Part shown: piece after piece, positions 22,922-33,471 of the stretch | How positions within the stretch are numbered: the stretch's first letter is position 1 | Layout: every line of letters starts with the position of its first letter | DNA from: an uncultured Spirochaetota bacterium | Lineage (GTDB): Bacteria; Spirochaetota; Spirochaetia; SZUA-6; Fen-1364 | Reading direction: 5' to 3' | Assembly (NCBI GenBank): GCA_963734545.1 | Contig: CAVTHO010000006.1 | Coordinates: 96,001 to 160,000 of the forward strand | Length of the DNA: 64,000 nt | Position numbers and translations under genes: made by a program | Notes under the pieces: model-generated | What the model was told of the DNA's origin: nothing | The model's database searches: none | Seen by the model: the letters and a program-made list of their open reading frames with translations, nothing else

Positions 22922-24149
22922 ATGGCCAAACTGACAGGAAAAGTGCTTATTGCGCAGGGCGGGGGCCCCACCGCGGTCATCAACCAGTCTCTCGTGGGCG
23001 CCGTGCTCGAGTCACGGAAGTTCCCCGAAGTCACGCGAGTATACGGAGCCACCAATGGCGTCCGCGGCATCGTGAACGAGGATTTTCTCGATCTTTCGCA
23101 GGAGACCACGCACAACCTCGAACAGGTTGCGATGACCCCTTCCAGCGCGCTCCTGTCCACCCGGGACAAGCCGGATGACGCGTACTGCCGGGAAATCTTC
23201 AAGGTCTGCCAGGCGCACGACGTGCGCTACTTCTGCTACATCGGCGGAAACGACAGCGCGGATACGGTGCGCATCGTCAACATAAATGCGGAAAGCGCGG
23301 GCTACGACATGCGCTGCATCCACATCCCCAAGACCGTGGACAATGACCTGGTGGTGAACGACCACACGCCCGGATTCGGGTCTGCCGCGCGCTACGTGGC
23401 GCAGGCATTCATGGGCTACAACCTGGACAACCGGGCGCTGCCCGGGCGTGTTCATCGGCGTGGTGATGGGCCGCAACGCCGGTTTCCTCACCGCCTCATC
23501 GACACTGGGACGCAAGTACCCTGACGACGGGCCGCACCACGTGTACGTCCCGGAGCGGCCCTTTTCGGAGGAGCAGTTCCTTCGCGACGTGAAGACCACC
23601 ATGGACCTGCACGGCCGGTGCGTCGTGGCAGTGAGCGAGGGGATCCTGGACAAGGACGGCAAGCCGTTCATGACCAGGCTGACAGGGTCCAAGGAAGCCG
23701 ACGCGCACGGCAACCTGCAGCTCTCGGGCTCCGGCGCCCTGGGGGACATGCTGTCCGACCTCGTGAAAGAGAAGCTGAAGATCAAGCGCGTGCGGGCCGA
23801 CACCCTCGGCTACGCGCAGCGCTCGTACCTCGGCGTGGTCTCCGATGTCGACGCGCACGAGGCGCGCGAGGTCGGGGAGAAGGCGGCGCAGTTCGCGATC
23901 TGGCACGACGTGGACGGGTCCATCACGATCCAGCGGACGGGCAACTACTCGGTCGATTACCGCATCGTCCCGCTGGAGGAAATTGCGGCAAAGACGAAGA
24001 CCATGCCGAAGGAGTTCCTCACGGCAGAGGGAAACGACACGACATGGGATTTCTACAACTACGGCCGGCCGCTGCTCGGCTCGGGGTTCCCCAATGTCCA
24101 CCGCATCCGGGCCCCGAAGGTGGCGAAGATACTCAAGAACGACAAGTAG
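22922..24149 (+). CDS. pfp: PPi-dependent-type 6-phosphofructokinase (frameshift near 23447)
   Basis: GGGPTAVIN, GGNDS (Asp indicates PPi type), PKTVDND, MGR. Confidence 0.88.
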
Positions 24150-24226
24150 GGCCGCGGGCGGCAAGATAGGGCCGCAAGCGGCAAGATAGGGCCGCAAGCG
24201 GCGATAGCGCAGGGCCCTAGGGCCCT
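24147..24226. repeat. 20-bp tandem hairpin repeat (x3) plus a 16-bp perfect palindrome between convergent genes
   Basis: TAGGGCCGC(AA/GG)GCGGCAAGA period 20, followed by AGGGCCCTAGGGCCCT. Confidence 0.8.
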
Positions 24227-24229
24227 GGC

Positions 24230-25637
24230 TCAGCGCGTTCCGCCGTAGCCGAACAGCTTCCTCTCCTTGATGACCGCAACCACCTTGTCGGGAACCAGCG
24301 CCTCCCATGCAGGATCCCCCTGCTGTATCCGCGCAAGGACCGCATGCGGCAGAACCGACAGGTCCGCATCCGCGGGAGCGGGGATGTCCTCCAGGTAACG
24401 GTTCTCGAGAAGGTATTCATAGAGGTGGCGCAGGGGGGCAGGCACCTTGAAGGTGACTGCCGTGACCGTCTCTCCGGTGTTGTTCTTCCACGGGTAGATG
24501 TAGAGCCGGACAGGTCCCCCGAGCAGCTGACCCAGGGCTTCCAGGATTCCCCCCGCGAGGTCCCCGTAGTGCTTCTCCTCGAGGATCTGCGCCATTGTGG
24601 GCACGCCCAGCACCATCCCGATGCGCTCGTTCGTGTAGCGCCGAAGGTACGTGGTGACGCTGTGGAATCGCGAATAGTTCGAGATCATCACGGTCCTGCC
24701 CAGGGCGCGCAGCGTGTCCATCCGGGCAAGAAAGTCGGCATGCTCCACCTGCTCGCCCAGCGCCAGGAGGTTGCGGAGGGTCATCTCCATGAGCACGACC
24801 GGCTCGCGGCCCTGCATGTCCGGCTCGCTCCGCATGCGCTGGAGAGAGCGCTCCAGCATGTCGAGGGTGACCCGGGTGATGGGGCGGAAGCTGCCGCGCT
24901 CTATCAGGACGGGCGCGTGGTAGAGAAGCTCCGCGGGCTCCACCACCTCTCCGTCCGGCGCGAACAGGGCCGCATTGGTCAGACGCTGCTGGACAAGCTG
25001 CAGGCTCATGAGCCGGTTGTCCACTCCCTCGAACGCCGGTCCGGAGAACCGGATCATGTCCACTTCCATCCTGTCCCGGGTCAGCCCGTCCATGAGGGAG
25101 CCGATGAGGACCTCCGGCCGCGCGTGCTCGTTGAATGCGCCGTGGATCAGGTTGACGCCCAGCACGCCCAGCGCCTCCTGCTGGCGCGCATTTTCCTGGT
25201 CCCACATGCGGGCATGGATGATGATCTCCGACGGCCGCGCGCGCGGCTCCGCCTGGAAGCGGATACCCAGCCAGCCCTGTCCCTCCTCCTGGCGGGAATA
25301 GCTCCGGGCCGTCACCGTGTCCGCGAACACGAAAAACTTCGTCGTGGAGCCGCGTGTCGCTTCCAGCCGCTCCAGGAGCAGGCCCCATTCGTGGTCCAGC
25401 ATCGATTGGAGGCGCTGCCGGCTCACGTAGCGCTTGCCCGGAACCGTACACGGCGTCCGACACGGCCATGTCGTAGGCGGAGATGGTCTTGGCAACCGTG
25501 GCGGCGGCGCCTCCGACGTGAAAGAACCAGCGCGCCACTTCCTGGCCCGCGCCGATCTCCGCAAAGGTTCCGTACCGGGCGGCGTCGATGTTGATGCCCA
25601 GCGCCTTGTCGTGCGTGCTCAGCGCGCTCATCCCCAT
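24230..25637 (-). CDS. Nucleotidyltransferase-like protein of a family commonly labelled nicotinate-nucleotide adenylyltransferase (frameshift near 25440)
   Basis: YGTFAEIGAGQEVARWFF..GGAA.TVAKTISAYDM N-terminus; ERGSFRP motif in the C-terminal half. Confidence 0.65.
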
Positions 25638-25726
25638 GGACAAGAGTATGCATCCGGCGCGCAAAAACGGCCAGCCCTTGACGCATTGCGGCGCGTCCCT
25701 ATCATGGCACCCAGAGGAGAGCGGAT

Positions 25727-26293
25727 GTGAAGACGAACGTCGGAAGCGGAGACCGCGGGATGACGAGCCTCCTGAGCGGTGAGCGGGTGCCGAAGAGCCA
25801 CGCGCGGATCGAGGCGTGCGGCGAGCTGGACGAGCTTGCGTCAGTGCTCGGCGCGTGCGCGGCGGCGCTTTTCCCCGCGCACGCCGCGCTCCAGCGGGAG
25901 ATCCAGGGCGTCCAGGGCGATCTCCTGCACATCGGCGCGTGGCTCGCCACGAGCCCCGGCTCGCCGACCCGCGCGATGCTGCGCACGGCAGCTCCCGACC
26001 GGATACGGGAGATGGAGGACGCAATCGACAGGCTGGAAGCGGAGCTTCCCCCACTTCAAAGCTTTGTGCTGCCGGGGGGACACATCAGCGCGGCCTGGGC
26101 GCACATTGCCCGGACCGTCTGCCGCCGGGCCGAGCGGCGCGTCCAGTCTCTTGCCGCCGATGCCGGGGAAACCGCGGGCGAGCCACCGGGAGGGATCCTC
26201 CCCTATTTGAACAGACTCTCCACGTATCTCTTTGCCCTTGCGCGCTGGTGCAACAAGGTACAGGGTGTGCCTGACGCGACGTGGAAGGGATGA
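25727..26293 (+). CDS. ATP:cob(I)alamin adenosyltransferase, PduO type
   Basis: GDRGMTSL..GERVPK, GELDEL, FVLPGG, HIARTVCRRAER, YLNRLS. Confidence 0.92.
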   Translation: MKTNVGSGDRGMTSLLSGERVPKSHARIEACGELDELASVLGACAAALFPAHAALQREIQGVQGDLLHIGAWLATSPGSPTRAMLRTAAPDRIREMEDAIDRLEAELPPLQSFVLPGGHISAAWAHIARTVCRRAERRVQSLAADAGETAGEPPGGILPYLNRLSTYLFALARWCNKVQGVPDATWKG

Positions 26294-26946
26294 ACACGGG
26301 GCGCGCCGACCTCTTCACGACGAGCCTGCGGGGCCGCACATGGCTCTCGGAGAGGGCTTTCCAGATCGAGCTGGATCGTCCCAGCGGCTTTCGATTCCTG
26401 CCCGGTCAGAGCATCACGCTGGCGAGCGGGTCCGTGGAAAGGGACTACTCCGTTGCGTGCGCGCCGGATTCGGCCCGCCTGACGCTTTGCGTACGCCGGG
26501 TTCCTCATGGGCTTCTTTCGTCATTGCTCGCCGCTGCCCCTCTGGGAACATCCCTCACATTCACCGGCCCCCACGGCTATTTTCTCTTTCGCCAGTCGCC
26601 TCGTCCCGCAGTCTTTGTGGCAACCGGGACGGGCGTGGCTCCCTTTCTTTCGATGGCAGGCGCGGGCGTCAGCGGCTTTACGATGCTCCACGGCGCGCGC
26701 AATGCGAACGAGCTCTACTATGAGAAACATCTCCGCGCGGCGTCGGCACAATACGTGCCTTGCCTCACGGAGGGAACGGTCCCCGGGTGCTTCACCGGCC
26801 GTGTCAGCGCCTGGGCGCGGGAGCGCCTGGCTCCGCAGGCATATGACTTCTACCTGTGCGGAAGCCGCGAAATGATCCGTGACGTCACGCTTCTAGTGGA
26901 CGAACGATTCCCCGGCTCCCTGGTGCTCACGGAGATTTTCCACTAG
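26290..26946 (+). CDS. FNR-family FAD/NAD(P)H oxidoreductase
   Basis: FLPGQ, RDYS, GPHGYF, ATGTGVAP, FYLCG; ATGA overlap with the PduO gene. Confidence 0.88.
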   Translation: MNTGRADLFTTSLRGRTWLSERAFQIELDRPSGFRFLPGQSITLASGSVERDYSVACAPDSARLTLCVRRVPHGLLSSLLAAAPLGTSLTFTGPHGYFLFRQSPRPAVFVATGTGVAPFLSMAGAGVSGFTMLHGARNANELYYEKHLRAASAQYVPCLTEGTVPGCFTGRVSAWARERLAPQAYDFYLCGSREMIRDVTLLVDERFPGSLVLTEIFH

Positions 26947-26982
26947 ACAGGCTGCGGGCAGCAGGCTGCGGGGAGCGCTTCC

Positions 26983-28155
26983 CTAGAGAGACGGTATGCT
27001 CACGTGCTGGTTGACGTCAGCGGCGTAGTCCACACCGGGAGATTCGAAGCCGCAGATCCGGGAAAGCTCGGTGCGGTAGCTCGCGAAGTCGGCGATTTCC
27101 GCCAGGTTTTCCGTGTTCGCCAGGTCCCAGAGCTCCTGGACGCGCCCCTGGACCGCGGGGTCGAGCTCGAGCTCGTCGAGCCTGATCCGGCCCGCCTCGT
27201 CCACGGGGATCGTCCCTCCTGCGTACAGCCGGTCGCGGAAGAGGCGGTTCATCTGCTGAATGCACCCCTCATGAGTGCCGCGTTCCCTCATGACCTTGTA
27301 CAGGAGGGCGATGTACAGAGGCACGGAGGGGATCGCCGCGCTGGCCAGGGTCACCACTGCCTTGTTCACGGCTATCAGCGCCCTGCCCCCGATTGAGCCG
27401 AGCTCTGCGTCCAGAGAAAGGGCCGTGGCTTCCAGGTCCTCCTTGGCCCGGCCGATCGTGCCTTCGCGATAGATCGAGGAGGTGAGCGCGGGACCGATGT
27501 AGGAGTATGCCACCGTGATCGCGCCCGGAGCCAGGAGGCCGTCACGGCGAAGCGCCTCGATCCACAGGCGCCAATCTTCCCCGCCCATGACCGCGATGGT
27601 CCCCCTGATGTCTTCCTCCGTCGCCGGGGGGATCGTCGTCTCGTAGACCTCGCCGGTCTGCACATTGACCGTCTTGTTCGTGTAGGACCGGCCGATAGGG
27701 CGGAGCGCCGAGCTGTACTGTCCGCGGCGGGGAGCCGCGAGACTGTACACCACGAGGTCCACGGGCCCGGTGCGGGTGCGCACGAGATCCAGTGTCTGCC
27801 GCTTGATCTCCTCGGAGAATGCGTCCCCGTTCAGGCTCCACGCATTCAGGCCCGCCGCATGCGCCTGCTCCTCGAAGAAGGCGCTGTTGTACCACCCTGC
27901 AGAGGCGGTCCGATCCTCGTCGGCCGGCCGCTCGTAAAAGACTCCCACGGTGTCGGCACGGCTGCCGAACGCCGCGGTGATCCGCGAGGCAAGTCCGTAG
28001 CCGGTCGAAGCACCGAGGATGAGAGCCTTGCGAGGTCCGCGCGGGGCGGCCGGCTGTGAAGTGATATACGTTATCTGTTCCTGCACGTATTGCTCGCACC
28101 CCTGAGGATGCACGCTGAGGCACACGGCCCCGCGGATTCTACGTTGAATGCGCAT
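26983..28155 (-). CDS. fabV: Trans-2-enoyl-CoA/ACP reductase (FabV/Ter)
   Basis: HPQGC, GASTGYGLASRI, SAGWYN, VMGGEDW, AYSYIG, YREGTIGRAK. Confidence 0.93.
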   Translation of the reverse strand: MRIQRRIRGAVCLSVHPQGCEQYVQEQITYITSQPAAPRGPRKALILGASTGYGLASRITAAFGSRADTVGVFYERPADEDRTASAGWYNSAFFEEQAHAAGLNAWSLNGDAFSEEIKRQTLDLVRTRTGPVDLVVYSLAAPRRGQYSSALRPIGRSYTNKTVNVQTGEVYETTIPPATEEDIRGTIAVMGGEDWRLWIEALRRDGLLAPGAITVAYSYIGPALTSSIYREGTIGRAKEDLEATALSLDAELGSIGGRALIAVNKAVVTLASAAIPSVPLYIALLYKVMRERGTHEGCIQQMNRLFRDRLYAGGTIPVDEAGRIRLDELELDPAVQGRVQELWDLANTENLAEIADFASYRTELSRICGFESPGVDYAADVNQHVSIPSL

Positions 28156-28257
28156 ACTGGAACATACTGATGAACGCGCGTGAGCGACGAGTGAAAAGTG
28201 CACCCGCCGCGCGCGCAATTATGAAAAGAGAGCGCCGCGATTCCCGCGGACCTGTGC

Positions 28258-29295
28258 TTATCCGGCGAAGGCGCTCATGAGCTGGGTGACCCGGTTTTCG
28301 CCGTTGGCGCTGTAGGCCCTGAGCAGCCCGCCCTCGGGAGCTTTGCCTTTCTCGAGCTGGTCGAGCATGAGGCGGGCAACGACCTCGGGGCCGATGACCA
28401 CATCGAGCTTCGTCAGTATTTCGGCGGCCCGCGCGATGGCTTCGGGCCTGACGTGGCGCTGGCCGTCAGCTCCCTTGGGATTGAGGAAGCCTACGAAACG
28501 CATGACGCCGCCCATGGCCAGCTGCGGGTCCTTTTCGAAGGTCTGCGCCACGATCTTGAAATCCTCCGTTCCGGTAAGCGGAGCGCCCAGGAGTCCCTTC
28601 AGGACTGCCGCCGGGGTCGAGCCGGCGGGAACGCCGGCCAGGCTGAGGACTTCCTTGTGCAGGGGATGTTTCGCGTCTCCACCGAAGGTCCTTGCGGCGC
28701 CCAGGAGGAGCATCCCGAAGACCGCCTCGTGCCGCGTCATCGGGGTATCGATGGCGCCCGGGGCGACCGCGAAGCCTTCGACGCCGAGCGCGCGGGCCTC
28801 GACGGTGGCGATCCTCCTCGCCTCGGCCTTGGTGGACTTGTACTCCTCGTCTCCCTTGACCGCGATTCCCTCCGCCGCCACGATCGAGCTCAGGCCGACA
28901 AAGAGGCCGCGGCCGGCCGGGATATCGCTCGCAAAGGCGCGCAGAAGGTTGAAGGTTCCGCCTTCGTTGATGTCCTTCATCAATTGGACCTGGACGGGAT
29001 CTCCCCGGCGGCTGATACCGGCGCAGGCAACGACGTTCAGCCTGTCCGGCGTCAGGCCCTTCTCCGTGAAGGACCGGACAGTGCGCGCGCGGAAGTCGGC
29101 CATCTGGTCCGGCTTCGTGACGTTGGCCTGGACATAGAGCGATTTCTCCGCCAGGAGGGATGGATCGACCTTGTCCGGCGCGATGACATCGCAGAAGGCG
29201 ACCGGCCATCCCCTGGCAAGCGCCGCTTTGACGGAGGCCGCGCCGATGCCGCTCGCGCCGCCGGTGATCACGAGTCCGTTCTTGAAGCTTCCCAT
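28258..29295 (-). CDS. Short-chain dehydrogenase/reductase with a large C-terminal insertion
   Basis: TGGASGIG, ACAGI, LSS, YKSTK (YxxxK), PGAIDTPM. Confidence 0.85.
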   Translation of the reverse strand: MGSFKNGLVITGGASGIGAASVKAALARGWPVAFCDVIAPDKVDPSLLAEKSLYVQANVTKPDQMADFRARTVRSFTEKGLTPDRLNVVACAGISRRGDPVQVQLMKDINEGGTFNLLRAFASDIPAGRGLFVGLSSIVAAEGIAVKGDEEYKSTKAEARRIATVEARALGVEGFAVAPGAIDTPMTRHEAVFGMLLLGAARTFGGDAKHPLHKEVLSLAGVPAGSTPAAVLKGLLGAPLTGTEDFKIVAQTFEKDPQLAMGGVMRFVGFLNPKGADGQRHVRPEAIARAAEILTKLDVVIGPEVVARLMLDQLEKGKAPEGGLLRAYSANGENRVTQLMSAFAG

Positions 29296-29463
29296 GTAAA
29301 TCCCCCTGGGTTCTTTTTCTGCAAGAAAATTCACCTCGCGCGACGGGCGCGGCTTCCGACAGCATGCCCGAGACGGCTCAGCGCAAGAATCAGAAGAAAA
29401 CTACCAGCTGTCAAGTTTTTGTTTCCCGCCGCGTCGAGAGCCGCCGCCGGCCGCGAGCGAGGA

Positions 29464-29886
29464 CTACAGCGAGGGCGCGTCCCCGATCAGGCAGAGCCAT
29501 TCGGCTTCCGCCGCAAGCTCGTCTCCCACGTATGCCTTTCCCGCCTGTCGGAGCATCGACTTGCTGACACGCAGGTTTCGCACCACGCAGCGCACCTCGT
29601 CGCCGGGCTTCACCTGCCGCCTGAACTTCGCCTTTTCCACGGCCGCGAGGAAGAATAGTCCCGAGCCGCCCGTCGCCATCCTCAGCCCCGCGCCGCCGCA
29701 CTGCGCGAGAGTCTCGATGAGGATCACTCCGGGAACCACCGGGTATTGCGGGAAATGTCCCGCGAAGAAAGGCTCCGCGCTCGTGAAGCGGCGATATGCC
29801 ACCACTTCCTCGGCATCCGCCTTCTCGATCCTGTCGACGAACAGGAAGGGATCCCTATGGGGAAGGAGAGACTTGATGTCGGTCAT
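29464..29886 (-). CDS. fabZ: 3-hydroxyacyl-ACP dehydratase
   Basis: LPHRDPFLFVD, FFAGHFP..PVVPGVILIE. Confidence 0.92.
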   Translation of the reverse strand: MTDIKSLLPHRDPFLFVDRIEKADAEEVVAYRRFTSAEPFFAGHFPQYPVVPGVILIETLAQCGGAGLRMATGGSGLFFLAAVEKAKFRRQVKPGDEVRCVVRNLRVSKSMLRQAGKAYVGDELAAEAEWLCLIGDAPSL

Positions 29887-29981
29887 GCCGGACAGAGTAC
29901 CACGAACCGCCGCGAATGGACACTGCCAGGAACCCGTTTACGCTCATGCTATACTTGCGTGATCGGCGCAGGAGGACGTGC

Positions 29982-30902
29982 ATGAAAAATCCCAGGAAAA
30001 TCCGGAAGGTCTTCACGAGCAAACCAACGATCGAGGGTGCGGGTGTCCACCTGCGCCGGGCATTCGGGTTTGCCGAAACCCCTCTCTTCGATCCATTCCT
30101 GCTGCTGGACGACTTCCGCGGGGACGAACCGCAGCAATACATCAAGGGGTTCCCCTGGCATCCCCACCGGGGCATCGAGACCATCACCTACATGCTCAAT
30201 GGGAATGTCGAGCACGGGGACAGCATGGGAAACAAGGGTACCATCGGGCCGGGTGACACGCAGTGGATGACCGCCGGCAGTGGAATCATCCACCAGGAGA
30301 TGCCACGGGGGGATCCGGGAGGGATCATGGGGGGCTTCCAGCTCTGGGCCAATCTCCCCGCCTCTCACAAGATGATGGATCCCCGCTACCGGGACGTGAA
30401 AACCGGGCAGGTCCCCGAGGTCATGAGCGCTTCCGGCGTCCGTACAAGGATCATCTGCGGTCAGGTAGAAGGCCGGACAGGACCGGTGCAGGATGTCGTC
30501 ATCGACCCGGAATATCTCGATATCACCATTCCCGCGCATACCGACTACACGCACCCCACGCGCGCCGGCCACACCGTGTTCGCGTACGTCATCCAGGGAC
30601 GGGCGTGTTTCTGCGAGCAGAAGGTCCCGTTCAGCTACGACGCGGAGGGGGCGGGATGGTCCGACCTGCGGATAAGCCCCTGGGTGCAGAATACGAACCT
30701 TGCGCTCTTCGACGACGGCGATCACCTCGTTGTCTCCACGGAAGACGAGCCGGTGCGTTTCCTGCTGGTGGCCGGGAAGCCGATACGGGAGCCGGTGGCC
30801 TGGTACGGACCGATCGTCATGAACACGAGAGAGGAGCTGCGGATCGCGTTCGAGGAGTATTCAAACGGCACATTCATAAAGACGAGGAAGGAATCTCTTT
30901 GA
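29982..30902 (+). CDS. Pirin family protein
   Basis: DPFLLLD, HPHRGIETITY, MTAGSGIIHQE, YGPIVMN. Confidence 0.95.
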   Translation: MKNPRKIRKVFTSKPTIEGAGVHLRRAFGFAETPLFDPFLLLDDFRGDEPQQYIKGFPWHPHRGIETITYMLNGNVEHGDSMGNKGTIGPGDTQWMTAGSGIIHQEMPRGDPGGIMGGFQLWANLPASHKMMDPRYRDVKTGQVPEVMSASGVRTRIICGQVEGRTGPVQDVVIDPEYLDITIPAHTDYTHPTRAGHTVFAYVIQGRACFCEQKVPFSYDAEGAGWSDLRISPWVQNTNLALFDDGDHLVVSTEDEPVRFLLVAGKPIREPVAWYGPIVMNTREELRIAFEEYSNGTFIKTRKESL

Positions 30903-30950
30903 CCCTGCGTTCCCCCTCTAGATAAATTGATTCCGTAGAGGGGGTACGCC

Positions 30951-32918
30951 ATGGCCCGGGACAATCCTTCAGTGTTCGACGATCTGCTTCGCGAGGAGCG
31001 CGAGTTTCCTCCGTCTCCCGCGTTTCGCGAGCGCGCGGTGGTCCGCGACCGTGGGATCTACGACTCTTCCGCAATGGACGCGGAGGCGTTCTGGGAGAGC
31101 GAGGCGAAGCTGCTGCACTGGTTCCAGCCCTGGACGAAGGTGCTGGAGTGGACCCCTCCCCACGCGCGGTGGTTCGTCGGGGGCACGACCAACATCAGCT
31201 ACAACTGCCTGGACCGGCACCTCCAGGGGCCGCGGCGGAACAAGGCGGCCCTCATCTGGGAGGGAGAGAACGGCGACATCCGCACCCTCACGTACCTGCA
31301 GCTCCACCGCGAGGTCTGCAAGATGGCCAACTGCCTGAAGGAGCTCGGCGTCACGAAAGGCGACAGGGTGGCGATCTACATGCCCCTGCTCCTGGAGACG
31401 GCGGTGTCCATGCTGGCGTGCGCGCGGATAGGCGCCATCCACAATGTGGTCTTCGGCGGGTTCTCTCCCGACGCGCTGGCAGACCGGATCAATGACTCGG
31501 GCTGCAAGGTGCTCATCACGGCGGACGGCGGCTGGCGGCGCGGCACCGTCGTGCCGCTGAAGCACAACGCCGACAGGGCCCTGGAAACCTGCCCGACCGT
31601 GGAGCACGTGATCATCGTCAAGCAGCTCCCCGGGGAGCCGCACCTCCTTCACATAACGGAAGGGAGGGACCGCTGGTACCATCGCATGATGGATCATCAG
31701 AAGGCGGACTGCCCCGCGGTGCCGGTGGACTCGGAGGACACGCTGTTCATCCTTTACACGTCCGGCACCACGGGAAAGCCGAAGGGGATCGTGCACGCGG
31801 CCGGCGGATACGCCGTGGGCGTTCATGCCACCGCCCGCACCGTATTCGACCTCCGGGACGAGGACACTTTCTGGTGCACGGCGGACGTGGGCTGGGTCAC
31901 CGGCCACAGCTACGTGGTGTACGGGCCGCTCCTGGCCGGGGCAACGGTGCTCCTCTACGAGGGGGCGCCTGATTTTCCGGAGAAGGACCGGTACTGGGAG
32001 ATGATTGCGCGCCATCGGGTGTCGGTCTTCTATACCGCGCCCACCGCCATCCGCTCCTTCATGAAATGGGGCGATGAGCTGCCCGCGCGGCATGACCTGT
32101 CGAGCCTCCGGCTCCTCGGCACCGTGGGGGAGCCGATCAACCCCGAGGCGTGGATGTGGTATCACGCGCACATCGGCCGCGCACACTGCCCCATAGTGGA
32201 CACGTGGTGGCAGACGGAGACCGGCGCGATCATGATCAGCGGGCTGCCCGGGGTATCCACGATGAAACCGGGCTTTGCCGGCACCCCCCTTCCCGGCATT
32301 TCGGCAACGGTGCTGGATGAGTCGGGCAAGGAGGTGAAGGAGGGAAGCGGCCTCCTGGCCATCACCCGGCCGTGGCCCTCGATGCTGCGCACTCTCTGGG
32401 GTGACGATGAGCGCTACGTGAAGACGTATTTTTCCCGCTGGGACGCGAAGACCTATTTCCCCGGTGACGGGGCAAAACGTGATCACGCGGGGAACTTCAT
32501 GATCCTCGGGCGCGTGGACGACGTGCTCAATGTCTCGGCCCATCGGATCGGCACCATGGAGATCGAGTCCGCTCTGGTGGACCATCCCGCCGTGGCGGAG
32601 GCGGCGGTGGTCGGAAGGAATCACGACATCAAGGGCCAGGCAATCGTGGCATTCGTCAGCCTGAAGAACGGCCACACACCGAGCACCTCCATGGGCGAGG
32701 ACCTGAAACAGCACGTGGTGAAAAAGATCGGCGCCCTGGCCCGCCCCGAAGAGATCCTCTTCACGCGCGATCTGCCCAAGACCAGATCGGGGAAGATCAT
32801 GAGACGCCTGCTGCGCGACATCGCGGAGGGCCGGGCGCTGGGTGATGTGACGACCCTTGCCGATCCCGCCGTCGTGGCGGCGCTGCGCGAGGAGTACGAG
32901 GAAAAGTACGGCGGTTGA
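30951..32918 (+). CDS. acs: Acetyl-CoA synthetase (AMP-forming)
   Basis: [40 protein letters not shown]. Confidence 0.97.
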   Translation: MARDNPSVFDDLLREEREFPPSPAFRERAVVRDRGIYDSSAMDAEAFWESEAKLLHWFQPWTKVLEWTPPHARWFVGGTTNISYNCLDRHLQGPRRNKAALIWEGENGDIRTLTYLQLHREVCKMANCLKELGVTKGDRVAIYMPLLLETAVSMLACARIGAIHNVVFGGFSPDALADRINDSGCKVLITADGGWRRGTVVPLKHNADRALETCPTVEHVIIVKQLPGEPHLLHITEGRDRWYHRMMDHQKADCPAVPVDSEDTLFILYTSGTTGKPKGIVHAAGGYAVGVHATARTVFDLRDEDTFWCTADVGWVTGHSYVVYGPLLAGATVLLYEGAPDFPEKDRYWEMIARHRVSVFYTAPTAIRSFMKWGDELPARHDLSSLRLLGTVGEPINPEAWMWYHAHIGRAHCPIVDTWWQTETGAIMISGLPGVSTMKPGFAGTPLPGISATVLDESGKEVKEGSGLLAITRPWPSMLRTLWGDDERYVKTYFSRWDAKTYFPGDGAKRDHAGNFMILGRVDDVLNVSAHRIGTMEIESALVDHPAVAEAAVVGRNHDIKGQAIVAFVSLKNGHTPSTSMGEDLKQHVVKKIGALARPEEILFTRDLPKTRSGKIMRRLLRDIAEGRALGDVTTLADPAVVAALREEYEEKYGG

Positions 32919-33047
32919 GGGCGCCGGGCTCGGCCCCGCCCGCTCGCCCGGCCCCGCGCCTCGCGCCCAGCCCGTGCGGCGCCGAGTCCGCTGACTGCGC
33001 GGAGTACGCGGGTACGCGTTCCGCGCGAACGCGGTACCGCGGCGCCG

Positions 33048-33471
33048 CTAAATCCGCGGGGTACCGCGGCGCGGCCTGATGTAGATCGTGCCTGCCTGCC
33101 TTTCCCGCGCGGCCGAAATACGAGAGAAAGGTGCGGAGGATACGCCCGCGCACGAGCGCGCTCGTCCGACGACGTGACTCCAGCCTGATCTCTTCCACGA
33201 TCCGCGCGGCCTTGGGACCCGCGATCAGGGCACACAGCGACCGCCGCTTCTCCTCCGTGAGGGTGGCAAAAGCAACCGCGCACACCTTGTCCGGCATCCG
33301 CATCAGGACGTTCTGCAGCGTCGTCTTGTCGGCGCGGCTCACGCAGTCCCAGATCCGCGATGCAAAATCCGCGGGATACCGCGATGCAGAATCCGCGGGA
33401 TACCGCGATGCAGAATCCGCGGGATACCGCGATGCAAATCCCGAGGGGTTCCGCGGAGCCGAATCTTTCAC
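33048..33471 (-). CDS. Small protein resembling the FliG C-terminal domain, with repeat-encoded N-terminus (probable frameshift near 33100)
   Basis: GTGA overlap with the upstream gene; LQNVLMRMPDKVCAVAF..LTEEKRRSL...KAARIVEEI; shifted-frame tail GTIYIRPRR resembles FliG GEIVIAR. Confidence 0.5.
33366..33457. repeat. 24-bp tandem palindromic repeat, 3 copies plus 1 degenerate (NNTA-loop family)
   Basis: AATCCGCGGGATACCGCGATGCA at 33366, 33390 and 33414; related copy at 33051-33068. Confidence 0.9.

Noticed and set aside
33366-33457. Possible CRISPR array
   Set aside because: The 24-bp units are directly tandem with no unique spacers, and no cas genes are present.
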